This document shows, piece by piece, positions 12,966-26,125 of a DNA stretch of 64,000 nt. The position numbers and the translations under genes are program-made. The stretch is from Mobula hypostoma (lineage: Eukaryota), in assembly GCF_963921235.1 (NCBI RefSeq), contig NC_086119.1:24242001-24306000 (forward strand), written 5' to 3'. Each line of letters begins with the position of its first letter. Positions within the stretch are counted from its first letter, which is position 1. The notes beneath the pieces are model-generated. The model worked only from the letters and a program-made list of their open reading frames with translations. It was not told the origin of the DNA and searched no databases.

Positions 12966-14437
12966 GAGTAAAAATACTTTTAGAATGCCACACAGCGTTT
13001 GGTATATATTTTGAAGTTGAATTATAACTGGGCTTCCTTCTTACAACATAAATTCATCTACAGAATCGGGAGATGTAGTGGAATAATGGCTGAGCTGTCA
13101 TATCTTGGGAAAAAAATTTCAGAAAGAAAGCAATTCTTAAAATAGAAAAAATGTAAACGTTTTTCGCCGCTTCACGTTGTAAATTTGTAAATAGTAGGCA
13201 CCTATTGTTCGAATTTTAAGTTCCACAACATCATAATAAGCAAACATTTAATAATCCCAACATTACATTGAAAATAAAATAAATGATTAACAGTTTGTAT
13301 AAAAAATCATATAAAATTGAAAAAAATACACAAATGAAGTAAGACAAGTGAAGTGTTGTGAAACTAATTCCCGTTACTACTACCATAAGTAGTTATTGTC
13401 CCTGGCCTGAGGCCGGTGGGCTCTTTATTTACCTCAGGTCACCAAAGTGAAGGCCTTATACTTTGGACAGCCTACTTCACAACTCTTTATTTATTCCATA
13501 GTTAGAACAAGTGACGACAAAGTGTCAATTTTGCACTCCCCGACTGCTGTTTTACCCCGATTGCAGTAGAAACGCGTTTCTCTCTTTCCTTTCTCTGATT
13601 TAGGGCCTGTTCCCTCTACCCAGTCGAGAGCTGGAGCTGTCGAGTACATGAAACGCTTCGCGAGTTCTTTTAAAATACAGCCCATATATTTTTTTTTGGG
13701 GGGGGGGGTCCTCATTCTCGCTCTTAGACTCTGGTTTGTCAGCTGCCATAAAACTTAACCCGGGTATTCCCGTCCACTTTCCCTACCATTTTATATCTCG
13801 ATTCGTTCCCTAAACAGCGTCCTGCTACACATTGTTGGTGATAACCTACTGGATTATTTCTCTTGTTTCCAGTTTGACAATAGTTCGCACTGTCCTGACC
13901 ACATCATTACACAACCGCACCATTTATTTGTATTTGTGTGGACCCGGCTTGACCTCTTGGGTGCAGTCTTCTGAGATCTCTCGGCTTCCCGTGTTCACTC
14001 CTAGCACATTTTACACAAATAAAGGAGTTTGTTTACCTAGCTTTCCTTATTTAGCTTCGGGTTTTTTTTCGCGTTATATACGTTTCCCTACTGCGACGTA
14101 TCCTACTGTGGCAATCCATCTTTTTTTACTAGAAACTGTTCGGAGAATTTATCCAGAACCTCGAGATGCACCCGCTGGTTGGCCGTTGATAGCACGATCT
14201 CTACCCACTTTTCACGTTTGGATGACTTCCCCCGATCGGAGCGTTCTTTATTCAATTTCTCACTTTCAAAATATCTTTAGCTCCATCTCCTGCAGCACAT
14301 TTCTGTTTAAACACTCAAACTGCAAGTTTTATATTGACTCTGACAATTGTACCCCCTCACGCCCTCCACATAACCCCGACCGCTAATCTGCGGTTATGTA
14401 GAAATTCGCAGCCTCGGGTTCTGGATGTCTCTCTTAC

Positions 14438-14715
14438 CTGTATGACCCTCATGTTTAGCCCGGTTTCCTGAGCTAGCTGCTCTCGGATGTGTCTTGTGGG
14501 TTTGGGGGTGGCTGCGAATGCCGCTTTCAGAGTTTCCAGCTGTTTCGCTTTGATGGTTGTGCGGGGTCCCCGGCGCTTGGCTCCCAGGTTCTGTTCCTCG
14601 TTCTCGTTATTGGTAGTCTCTTTATCTGAAATATTGGCGATTTCTGAGTCCTTTGTGTCATCTTGTAAATGGTCTTGACAATCCGGAGATAAACTCTGAT
14701 CACTACATGCCGTTA
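14438..14715 (-). CDS. LHX1: LHX1 exon 3 (linker and homeodomain helices 1-2, start of helix 3)
   Basis: ...[49 protein letters not shown]; TACAG acceptor, GTAAGA donor; 278 nt. Confidence 0.97.
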
Positions 14716-15433
14716 CTGTACAACACACAAAATGACGCGGGATGAAGAATGTGCTCACATCACGTAAATAGCCGATTTAACGATGATAATCACCGAGATT
14801 TTATTAATAATTGATATATAGCCGCTTTGGAGCGCTTTTTATTGCATTTTAACATATTAAAATGAAATATTTACCAACGCCTATATTTAAGTGATAGAAT
14901 TATAAATTAACCAGCAGTCCAAAATTAATCTTCCCCAAACGCATCGTTCGTTAGTTGCGGTTACATTAAAATGAAAATTGCAAAACAAAATAGCACGGGA
15001 ATAAAAATTTAGGTATCTAATCCAGAACATTGGACACACAGAGTAGTGTCATTTAAAAACTACCCACACAAAAATGTACATTTTGCGACTCGCAAATGCA
15101 TCAAATAACAAATGGTGTTTAAATTACCAGCAATTAACACGAGTAGGCATTGTGGGTGAAATGGATTTTAAAACCATATCGCTATGCCCGTTAACCGTTG
15201 CAATTAAAAAATACATACAATCCGAATGCCCAACCATTATGTAATACCGATTATCACCGTTCCATAAAATATTCGATTTGATAAAACACTCGAGACCAGA
15301 TAGCAGTAAAGCTGTGCGTTATTGATCAACATATTAGACTAAACAGTACAGGGCCGCACTATCGCCCAGTTTCCTAATAAGCATAAATAAACATACACAC
15401 ACAGATATAAATACAACGAGGATTTGGCCTTAC

Positions 15434-15657
15434 GTGACAGCGGGCCGTTTTCTTTCGAATTATTGCTGTTTAAAAAATCGTCTTTGCAAACAAATTTGTT
15501 TTCGTCGATGATGTAAAGCTCTTCTCCGGTGGAAAGTTGTTTGTTGCATATCATACAAGTAAAACAGTTCAGATGAAAGACTTTGCTCCTCGCTCTCCTC
15601 ACCAGATCGCTCGGGGAGATACCCTGATAGCAGCCGGCACACTTCGTACCAAAACGA
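15434..15657 (-). CDS. LHX1: LHX1 exon 2 (LIM domain 2)
   Basis: [61 protein letters not shown]...; TTTACAG acceptor, GTAAGG donor; 224 nt; phase fits exons 1 and 3. Confidence 0.97.
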
Positions 15658-17796
15658 CTGTAAAGCACCACAGTAGCGGGAAAATGGTCAAAGGAATTCT
15701 TAATTCTGTTTAGTACATTGGTAGTTAACTACATCATACTAATCGGGTAGAACGGAGTTAATGGTGGATAGATTATTGTTAATACTGCAGTTGTCCTGCT
15801 CCAAAGTGTGTCCAGGGGCGTACAAACGGAAGAAACGTTGCCTATATTTGTATAGATCTGCGTTATCAAGCAACCGAGACCAGGCTAAATCGGGACCGAC
15901 ACATCGGCGCGTGACAGATTGATCAGTGAAGTATTACATTTAGAAAATCGACTGAAAATGAGCACGGACTATTTATGAGAAGTTCCCGTCAGCAAACTGA
16001 CCAAAAGTGACAGAATGCTATCTGGGGTGGGGGGGGGGGGGGGAGCTTCACAATAAACCAGGTTGACACTATCATGTAACTCCCAGCTTCCATTTCACAA
16101 TGCGGCTAATTTTCCTTCCTATTCGCATAAACTATAGCGATATAATATGCGTCGTCTCCACCCCAATTCAATATACACAACCCTTATTAAAAGCTTTTGA
16201 GGCAATTTATCTAAAATACGTTGTTCATTATGGATAAAATTCAATCGAGTCGTGGTCACAATAATTAGAGTACAGCGAAAATTAATGCACATATACGGGC
16301 AGCTAAAATATAACTTAGTCTATGTCCATTTCGACGTATATATAAAATAATTTGCCTGTTAGAATTGTGGGTATTTTCTGTTTTCCTCTTAAAATATTTC
16401 GGTGCAATGTTTTAATTTTTGTTTACTTCTTGACCAAGATACTGTTTGACGAAATTGTATAACAGGTGACTATAAACTATTCAAGTCTGTGCAAGTTTAC
16501 TGACACATTTTTTAAAGCAAGGATACGACAAATTTGTTTTATTTGAGAAAGAGCAGCAAGTGAGAAATGTGTTTTTCTTTTGCTAATACTGCAGTTGTCT
16601 TGCTTCAAGGTGCGAAGCATGCCGTGTATAAACTTAAAAAATGGTATTCTACTGAAAACGACGTTTTTAAAGTATCTCATTTTCATGCTGGGTGTAAAAT
16701 CCATTGGATTAATAAATGTTACGTCATTTACAGGTGACGGCAGATTGAAATGATGATGGCGTATGATCCCGGAGGAGGAAGGAGATTTCAGGAGTGCCTG
16801 ATTAGAAAGGTCTTCAAACTTGACATTAAACCATTCATTAATAATAACTGAGGGGGTGGTTGGTTCAATAAATGATTCCGGTATATAAGCGATAGGTAAA
16901 GAATATTTTGCTGTCACATTAGATTGTGCAACTTGAATCAGGCTAATACTTTCAAAGGACTAGTGCTGTAATAACTTAATTAAAGGAAGTGAAATATATT
17001 ATTCCAAGATAAGAGTTATTCAGCACATGCATGCCGCTTGGCTGTAAATGAAAGTCATACTGTACAAAGTTTGATAGAAATAATTGATTCAATAATAAAG
17101 ATTCAAATAACTCAGCATGTAAACTATCATTAAATTTACTATCAAACTTGAATTGTACGTTTGGTTCATGAGTTTGGGAATTACAATTGTGCAGCTATTT
17201 GTTCAGTCTACTTAGGTTACAAAGATTTGCTCATATGTGCTTTGTCTATGGTTTCCTCTTCACACACTTATTATTCAAAAACACTTATCACATCGTTACC
17301 AAAAAAAAAGATAAAACACCAAGGATGTAGACAGAGCCGAATGATTTCCTCTAGGATTCGTTCTTATTGATCTCTGCTTTAATTTGCCTCAGCAAAAGAA
17401 AAGTGCGAGTTCTATGCTGAATACACATTTGCCGCATTACAAGATCAGCAAAGTTACAGATCGTGGTTTGAATGGATGTGTGTAAAATTTCAGCTGTCCT
17501 ACCGTGCCGTGAAACAGTAAATAGTTCTGTACAGGATTTATGATGAATATTTAAAGTTACTCTTTCTTTTCCTCGGGTAACCGAACAAAACATACTTATA
17601 AATGTGAAAGTTATCTAACAGTACTAATTAAACTATCTATAAGACATGCATTATTTGTTTTCACCAAGCACTGTTCTAGTATCTTGTCAAACAGATAAAA
17701 CAACAGCATTTCAGTCCTGGCATAATGTAAAACAAACTTGAAGCTAACGCTATACGAACACAACGTGATCCCTCAAAACCACACTATTACACTTAC

Positions 17797-17966
17797 CGAA
17801 AAAAGTCGTTCTTGCAGTAGAGCTTTCCTTCTCGCGAAAAACATTTTTCTGTTAAATTGCATTTGCATTCGCAGCACTGCACACACTTCACGTGCCAAGC
17901 TCGGTCCAGGACGTTTAATAGGAACCTATCAAGAATAGGCCTTTCGCACCCCGCACAGTGCACCAT
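17797..17966 (-). CDS. LHX1: LHX1 exon 1 coding part (LIM domain 1)
   Basis: Minus-strand translation [56 protein letters not shown](R); ATG at 17966; GTAAGT donor at 17796-17791; 170 nt. Not in the ORF track. Confidence 0.97.
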
Positions 17967-18499
17967 TGTCTTTGGATTGTTCCCAGATAATGAGATAGCT
18001 GACGGTTAGATATTTGGCTGGTAATAATGAGGTCCTCGATCGTCCAGGAGGCTGATCCTTTAGAATGGCTGTTATTAAAGGGCGATGCTTCCAACGGATT
18101 TAAATGGCCAGCGTTCTTTCTTTTGAGGTAGCTGATATCAGTCAAAGGAAATCGAAGCAGGTGTACTCCTAAAGAAACAATCGCCCTCTTAAAGAAATTA
18201 CTATAAAATAATGAAAAGCTACTCTAATCAACAAGCAACAGTGCTGTCACTCTGGAGTATTGAAGTAAATGATTTACTCCAACATGATGCAAAAGGTACA
18301 AGTGTTTAATTCAGCCGCTTGTCTCATAAGTATCTCTTAAGTTTGCTCGTATTAGCAAAATTGTAATACATATATTAAATACTCCAGAAAGCAAAGATGG
18401 GTGACAGGCCTGTGGCAAGCATTGCTTTTGATTTCATGGTTCAACTTTCCTGATCTGGAAGAGAAATATCTCCAGTCGTGTTTACTGTACAGCTATAGT

Positions 18500-18790
18500 A
18501 GTCGTGTGGATAAACATGCCAATCACCGCTGCTCCTGCTCTGCCCGCCGCACGCGCTCACTCGACTGCATGTTTCTTGGAGCTCGCGCACACCTTATTCA
18601 TATCGCCGTCACGCGCCCCGCCGCGTCACCGACGCCCCCGTCCAATCAGCCATCCGGGAGCCATGGTAACCATTAATTTATGACAGTTTTTTTTTGGTGT
18701 CTTTTTTTCCCCCCTGCCTTTGAAAGACTCGCAACATCTCGCCTAGAGAATAGCGGAAGCCGCGGCCGCTTCTGAGGTTTAGGTATAGTT
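18500..18790 (-). promoter_or_regulatory. LHX1: LHX1 CpG-rich proximal promoter
   Basis: Dense CpG/GC block 550-800 nt upstream of the ATG, with CCAAT boxes (~18519, ~18642) and an RFX-like CCATGGTAAC (~18661). Confidence 0.7.
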
Positions 18791-21700
18791 GCAATTTTTT
18801 TCCGCCTTTCTTCTGTCATATCCTTCTGTTTTTTTTGGTGTATTTGGAAGGTTCATTTTGCAATTTTCATCGCGGTCGAACGGTTGACTGAAACAAAACC
18901 ACAAAACTCAAGAAAGTATGTTGACATGTTCAGGCCCTCTTGCCCCTTTCGGAGTTTTCATTTTGCCGCTGGTTGGTCATACTCTTGATTGTATGTGGAT
19001 GAAAGAGCGGGAGAGAGTGAGGCAGCTAAATTCAAAGTCTGCCTCTTATCCCACGTTTTCTTGGCTTATGTTCCGATCATTCTGCAATTATAAATTGCAG
19101 CAGATTGATTGCCCTGTTTATAATCATGCGGTAAGCCAAAACTGCTTGGCAGAAGTTACGATACCTTCGTAGGGACCAATCAACGTGAAATAATAAGGAT
19201 ATAATTTCAGGGTGCCGGGTGGGGGCGGGGTTCGGGTGTTGTGTGGGTGCCCATCATCAGGTGAAAATGCAAGAGGAATATTTGGCGTTTGATGAAATCA
19301 CAGTGGTGGGGTGAGTCAGTAAAATAGTTTCAATATGCATGAGCGTTTTGCCCGCCTGCATTTTAACCTTTGAAGTCGTATCCGCTGAAAGCGCGAGAGA
19401 CTATATGAAAGACCTAACAAGTCATTTTATCACCTCTTCACTTGTTGATGAATGCCCTGTTCTACGGGAAATGCTTACTCTGTCATCTATAATGGACGTC
19501 TCTCCCCCCCCCCCCGATTTGTCTCAAACTCGACACCAAATAGTGCTAAACATATTTGCATACTAACGTTAGATTTGAACTTTTTTGATGTTTGTGTGTA
19601 TTGCATCTCGCGTCAGCGCGAATGGTAACAAGAAAGGCTCAACCCTATAATCCACTTCTCTATCAGTTGATAGATCACACTGGCCAAACCTGGGGCAAGG
19701 TGAAAGTTAAATATTTGCATTTAGTTTAGACTTTCACCATACTTTTCAAAACAAAACATCTGCCTATTGTCCGCTTGAGATCAATTTTCTCTTGCGGCAG
19801 CTACAATGGGAATGGGCACGCATTTTATGACTTGTCTGATTAAGGGAGCAGAATTGCAAGGGACAAAAGTGGAGGCGCAGAGAACATAATAAGGACATAA
19901 CTCTCCACCCAAGCAACAGTTTCACAGTTTCCAGTTTACTTGGGTAGGCGCTGACAGACGGGAGTTGAGATGGACCAGGATGCAGTTTGTCTGGAAACAC
20001 AAGGTCCTGTTTGCAAACATTTACTTGGCTATGGTACTAAAACACTGTAAGCTGCAGTGTTAGTACACATCAGTTAGCAATCGCCTGACAACATTTGTAG
20101 TTATAACATCACCGTGTTCCAGTCCGCACCTTTAGGTGCTCTTTATTTTGGCATAGCATGCTATTATTTCTTCTCGGGTTCCTCCAACGCTTTATCACAT
20201 TTTTTTTAGATTCCATGTGATGAACCAGCGTACCGCCACTCTAATTCGACACTTTTGGACAAAGTCTATCCCCCGACAATGGGGTAATTATTTGATAAAG
20301 CGCGCCGACTGTATCAATTTATTTAACACGTTTGTGATCTCGCTCCCTTCAGCGAGAAGCAACATTTTTACACCATTGCGGGTTATCTCTCACGGTAACC
20401 GCCAATGATAGTCAAATTAATGGATAAATTGGTGAAAAGACGATAAATAAATGATCCATGATACCAAAATGATGGGGGAAAAGCCCTCGTGCTCTCTGCA
20501 TATGGTTGGCCATCATGGTCAAAATTTCCCTGTTCCCAGTAAAGTCGCAATATTTAGCGAGCACCTACTTTCCTGTCTGCTGTGCGCACACCGTCTTTGT
20601 TATTCAGCTGTTTCTTGAGCGAATGTCGCCGACCTGCCACTCACAGCGCAGATTTCCTTCCAACCGACACTTCACAATTCCTAACCTACGCACAATCTTT
20701 GCAAAAAAAAATCAATAAACTCTTTCTGCATATGGGCTTCTTCTCATGCAAAAGGGAGAAGAGCGACTGGTCTGGACTTGGCCCTGCAGACTACACAGTG
20801 ACAGCTGTAGTCTTCTATCTGGGGACTTCTTTCCTTTGACACTCTCCCAGATGACATGTGTTGGTCAGGAATGAATAGAGATAAGAGATGAGCAACATCT
20901 TTGTGACCATCGTGTCTATTTCTACTTCAATATTTTATTCAGCAGCAAAGCATCTGGTTATATGATAGCAACACGGGCTTTTTCTCAAATATCAAAGAGT
21001 TTACAGTTAGGTGTCGAAAGTGATTCAGTCGAACACCTCACACAGCCTAAAACATGATGTAGTTAGGAAACGTGCGCTGTGTTTGAGAATTCAGCGTACA
21101 GTTTTTGCATTTACAGCAGTTATGTTATGCAATTAAACAGTCTTGGAAGTTCAACATTCTGAAACCCTGGCGCCGTTCTACGGAAGTGAAATTGACTTGA
21201 TATTAACAGGCAGGACAGGTGAAACGAAACGTCGCCAGGTTTAACAGGATTTAATCCGCAGGGGCGTAAGAACGCCGGAGAGAGGGAAAACGTTTCTTTA
21301 GTATTTTGTCCCATGCAATATTATGGAAATGTTACGAGGTCTAATCACTCAGGTGAAAGGCTTGTTCAAATCACGTGATTGGATGTAACACTAATATTTG
21401 CGTACAATGATTTGAAGTGAAGGTATTTATTTAAAGCGTAGAAAAAAAACTACTGCAAGAATTATGTGTGTTTGCGACGGGGAGGAGGAATTAACGTGTG
21501 GAGCCAGTTTTCGGTTTTACATGAAGTACACTCAATCAGTGTCGACAGGAGCCACGATCAGAGGCAACCTTCCGTCACCCTTTCTTCAAATTACTGAAGT
21601 GAAATGTAATCAACTGATTACATCGGGACTACGAGTAGAGTGCACTTTTTGACCCGGCTTTGTAAACGAACTTTCCAATTTTAACCATCTATTTTCAGCT

Positions 21701-23104
21701 CGCAAGCATAATTGCTTAAAAAGTGATTATTGGACACCACGCAGAGCTGATATAGATTCAAATAGCTCACAGAATAGAAAATATATGTTGACCAAATAAT
21801 CTGCTCTAATTTAGTTAGGAATATTTTCTTATGGTGACACGGTACATTGTTCATTTTAAGTCGACTGGCTGTTTCGAGAGGCAGGCAGCATCACCGGGAT
21901 TCAATATCCAGGGATGGAGAGTTTGCACATTGATGCAGTCATTCTTGACGCCTAAACTTAAAAACCCGCCGCGTGAATTCACTCTTAACCCCTTCCCTTT
22001 AGAAAATTCCACAGGGCGCGATTTTACAGTACCTCATCTAAGAAATGACCATGACTGGGAGGAGAAGATTTATCAGCAAAGGCTCAAAGGCTGGCGGTAT
22101 TAACAGGTCTAGAATCTCCTTAGCTTCATCAAAACAGCCAGTCACAGGCAGTGGCTGTCAGCGCAGAATGGAAGGAGGTATCGATTGAAAGTGAGCGCCC
22201 AGTCATTGTGTATGAATGTTAACGGGTCCAAACACGATTCACAAACTCAGCCTTTTCCTTTACACAGCACAGGAGACAGCAGCTTCACGTCTTTGTCCAC
22301 GCAGAATAGGTGCCACCACTCTCCATTTTCCTTGTTCTCCAACGCACTTTATTTGCATTGTATACTAATGTTACACACCGAACGTTACTTGTTGGTGATC
22401 GTGAATAGTGCTTTCAACAATGAACACGTTATGCGTTTACACGAAATGTTCGTAGATAATGGTACACCAGGCCTAATATCACCTGTTGCCACATTGAGTA
22501 GATTGGAATTATTCATACATTTTGTTAAGAATATTACAGATATATTATTTTGTAATCCTGGAAATAACGCACTTCCCTTATAATTTCAGACATAGTGGGT
22601 ATACCTTTGGAGATTTAAATCTGTTTTTAAAAGTTGTGATATAGGGTACATCACTCACTAGAAAGGTTTTAATAAAATAGCAACTTGGAAGACAATTTGC
22701 GCAGGACTCGAATTGCAAGTTTCAATCAGTGATTTATCCTCTTTCCAATAATCGGTACAAAATACACACAGTGAACACTTAGGGAGAACACCACCAAGTT
22801 ATAATTGTAATTTGATGTTCTATGATTATACTTACTAACACTTACCATTAAAGGGATAACATATTGAAAGATCGCCTGCTACTTCTATTTACAAAAAAAA
22901 TCAAAATTCAAGATGATCGTCATTCAACAAAATGAAATGACCTTTGGCCTAGTATCAAAAGCAACCACTTTGCTGCTTTGAAAGCGATGAAATTACCCTT
23001 CATGTCAAAACCAATCTTACTATACGTGTTCCATTGATATACCCCAACTCCTCTCTAGTTTCCAACCCCGCCCCATCCCCTTCAACCCGACCCCCGTACC
23101 GCCT

Positions 23105-23129
23105 ACACACACACACACACACACACACA
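23105..23129. repeat. (AC)12 microsatellite
   Basis: Read directly from the sequence. Confidence 0.95.
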
Positions 23130-24411
23130 AATGTTAGATTTTGGGCATCAATAATTAGAAATGGCATTCAATAAGTGACTAGAAAGCCTAATTATGGAAA
23201 CAGAGACTTGCTTTATAATACCAGTTAGAGATTACCGTATAGCACAGAAGCTACAAGTACTGTACACCTGTAGCACTGAAATTAAGTCAAGGGCAGTTGT
23301 CAAGTTCAGGTTTAAAAGGGAAATCCGCATTGTTCATGTTTTTAATCATCAGCTCCTTTGCCCTTCCCCACAGCACATGTGACTCTAGCGGTAGAGATCA
23401 GACTGGTCGCGTCGCTCGCAAAGATCCGTTGATTTCCCCACCCTCCTCTTGACCTCTCTGTCAGAAGATGTGGGTGACACTCGTGATAAACTGAGAAATA
23501 TACAGCGAGGCTGTGATCGGCCAAGTGCAACTGGATTGCAAACAACTGTGAGATCTCCCGTGACATGAGTGGTATAGCAACAGCTCCGCGTCAAATGGAC
23601 CACGAGTTGATCCATTCTGTGATGCTGTAAATTTCGACTTGACAGACAATATCCAAAGGTTGTAGCATGCTCTCATAACCTTCCCCTTTGAACTATGTAG
23701 ACCGCACACTTTCAACAATACATTAATATCCATTCAGTCACAACACTGCTCTCCTGGCATGGAAAGTTTAAATTTATGTTTAATAGTAGATTAAGTAACT
23801 TAATTCAATGATTTAAGAAATGGGATTGAAATATAGTATATGATGGTACCTTACTAGTATAATTTATTTGCCATTATACTTCGATCAAAGCGGCTGAGAA
23901 ATCAAGTTCAAACATTAGCCCAGCCATCAAAACCATGGGAACTGAGATCGCAGCAAACCGCCAGCTAGGTATTTAGTTTTGGCTTTTGACCAACAGGTTC
24001 TGTTGAAACCATTCTGATTGTTTTACTTTTGTTTTCTTTTAGTACCTCGATTCGATAAAGCGCGAACACGTTCACTAGGAAGTCCAGATATCGAAGATAA
24101 ACGTGCGCGATTAACATTAAAGAACCAAAGTACAGAGCACACAATTATTAGATAAGATGCTAGATTCTGGAAGTGCGATGTTGTAGATGTAAACCTTAGG
24201 AACACAGACGCTCAGATTTATATTTCGATTTGATTAAGCGACGTGTGCAAATGCAATAGCAATCGGAAAGTATGAAACTACAGCGGAACAGCGGAACTTG
24301 GTGTAACAACTTTGCATTAGTTAGATTACAACTGATCTGAGTTGATTGCAATTAATTGAAAATAAGATGCAAACTGGATCTATGAAACAAAATGAAGCCA
24401 CGTAATGTTAT

Positions 24412-24454
24412 ACTGCTTGGCCTGCTGCGTTCACCAGCAACTTTGATGTGTGTT
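24412..24454 (+). mobile_element. 43-bp Penelope-like terminal fragment with 14-bp TSD
   Basis: TSD CCACGTAATGTTAT (24398-24411 / 24455-24468); insert matches the GCCTGCTGCGTTCACCAGCAACTTTGATGTGTGTT terminus. Confidence 0.85.
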
Positions 24455-24789
24455 CCACGTAATGTTATCATCACTTTTCGCGTATGGACTTGGCAACATT
24501 TTGATATGCTTTTATTTGTCTTAGTAAGAGCAGAATTCATTAGGTGGCACCCCTAATAATGCATTTTTGTACCTAAGAACTGATATTGAAAAATTCAGCA
24601 CACAGGTCCTGATCGTTATGTCCCCCTCTGCCACTTAACAAACAAATACTATATAAAATAAAACAGCACGAGAACTGCAATTAATGTTTGTTGTGCTGAA
24701 GCTCCTTTAAATTATAGATTTAAATAGAATTATGGTTCTTATATATATGTTAAGAAAATGAACAAGTTAAGCCAATCAATTATTCCACC

Positions 24790-25275
24790 TAATAAAAGAC
24801 ATTGTAGCGTTGGAAGCAGTCCAAAGGAGATTCATTAGTCTAATACATAGGATGAGAGGATTCTTCTGTCAAGAGCGGCGTGATAGTTTGGGTCTGTATT
24901 CTTTGGGGGTACAGAAGAATAAGGGATAACTGTCTTCAAACATACAGGATCCTAGCAAGGCTTGACAGAATAGATGTACAGAAGTTTCCATAATGGGACA
25001 GTCACGGACAGGAGAGGACAGTTAGGGCCTGTCTTTTTTAATTGAGATGCGTACACAATTCCTCTCTTAGAGGGTAATGGGTCTCTAGAACTCTCTGTCC
25101 CCGAGGGTGGCGAATATTTAGATACATTTCAGGTGGAGATAGATATATACTTGGACGTCTGTTGAATTGAGGTTTATGGGGAACGAGTTCCAAGTGGAGT
25201 TGAAGTCAGTATAGATAGCAGGATAGACTTGAGGGGCCCGGTGGCCAACTTCTGCTCCTGTTTTCTTCCGTTCCC
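24790..25275 (+). mobile_element. Degenerate CR1 3' end
   Basis: LEAVQRRF-like coding remnant and ACTTCTGCTCCT tail, homologous to 1630-2110. Confidence 0.75.
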
Positions 25276-25628
25276 CTGAAGAGAAACTCTCAATGCAACA
25301 AGACTCCAGTTACAGCAGAGCATGACAGGCTGCTTGGAAAGATTTGACTCTCGTTTACCTCAATGCATCAATGATAAATGATACATATCCTCTCGGGAAG
25401 TCTCGCCAAGTAAACAGATTGGAGGGGTGGAAATTAGTCGAACATTTGGTTGATCAGAAACTGTTTTTTTGCCAGGGTTGGGCGTCCAGTAATAAAAGTT
25501 AACGGACCGAATCAATTGGTAAGCAGGAACAAGATAAGACTCTAGATAAATCATGCTTTCCATTGATCTCCCAACTTTGAAGGAATCTTTAGTTAAGTAT
25601 CCCCGGTGAAATTTTAGGTTCATATGTG

Positions 25629-26125
25629 CAATCAATGTCCACTTTATTAGGTACAGGAGTGGAACCCGGTGTGGTCTTCTGAATGCCCATCCACTTCAAG
25701 GTGCGATGTGTTCTGCGTTCAGCACACAACACGTGGTTATTTGAGTTACTGTCAGCTAGAACCAATCTGGCCATTCTCCTCAGACCTCTCTCATTAACAA
25801 GCCGTTTTGGCCCACAGAACTGCCGCTCACTTTATGATTTTCGCACCATTCTCTGTTAACTCTAGATACCGTTGCGCGTGAAAACCCCAGGAGATCGGCA
25901 GTCTCTGAGATACGCAAACCACCCCGCCTGGCACCAACAATCAATCCACGGTCAAAGTCACTTACATCACATTCCCTCCCCATTCTGATATTTGGTCTGA
26001 ACAGCAACTTAGCCTCTTGACCATGTTCGCATTATGCATTGATTTGCTGCCACATGATTGGCTGATTAGATATTTGCATTGACAAGCAGGTGTACAGGTG
26101 TAGCTAATAAAGTGGCCACTGAGTG
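25629..26125 (-). mobile_element. Non-autonomous Tc1/mariner derivative, copy 1
   Basis: TIR CACTCAGTGGCCACTTTATTAG; transposase N-terminal HTH remnant SDFDRGLIVGARRGGLRISETADLLGFSRATVSRV. Confidence 0.85.

Noticed and set aside
13832-14386. 184-aa plus-strand ORF in LHX1 intron 3
   Set aside because: Non-ATG start, antisense and intronic, no recognisable homology.
16024-16043. Poly-G tract / possible G-quadruplex in intron 1
   Set aside because: A simple homopolymer like others in the window (13697, 34715), with length prone to sequencing error and no evidence of function.
8626-17966. Assignment as LHX5
   Set aside because: Most diagnostic residues and the downstream AATF gene indicate LHX1.
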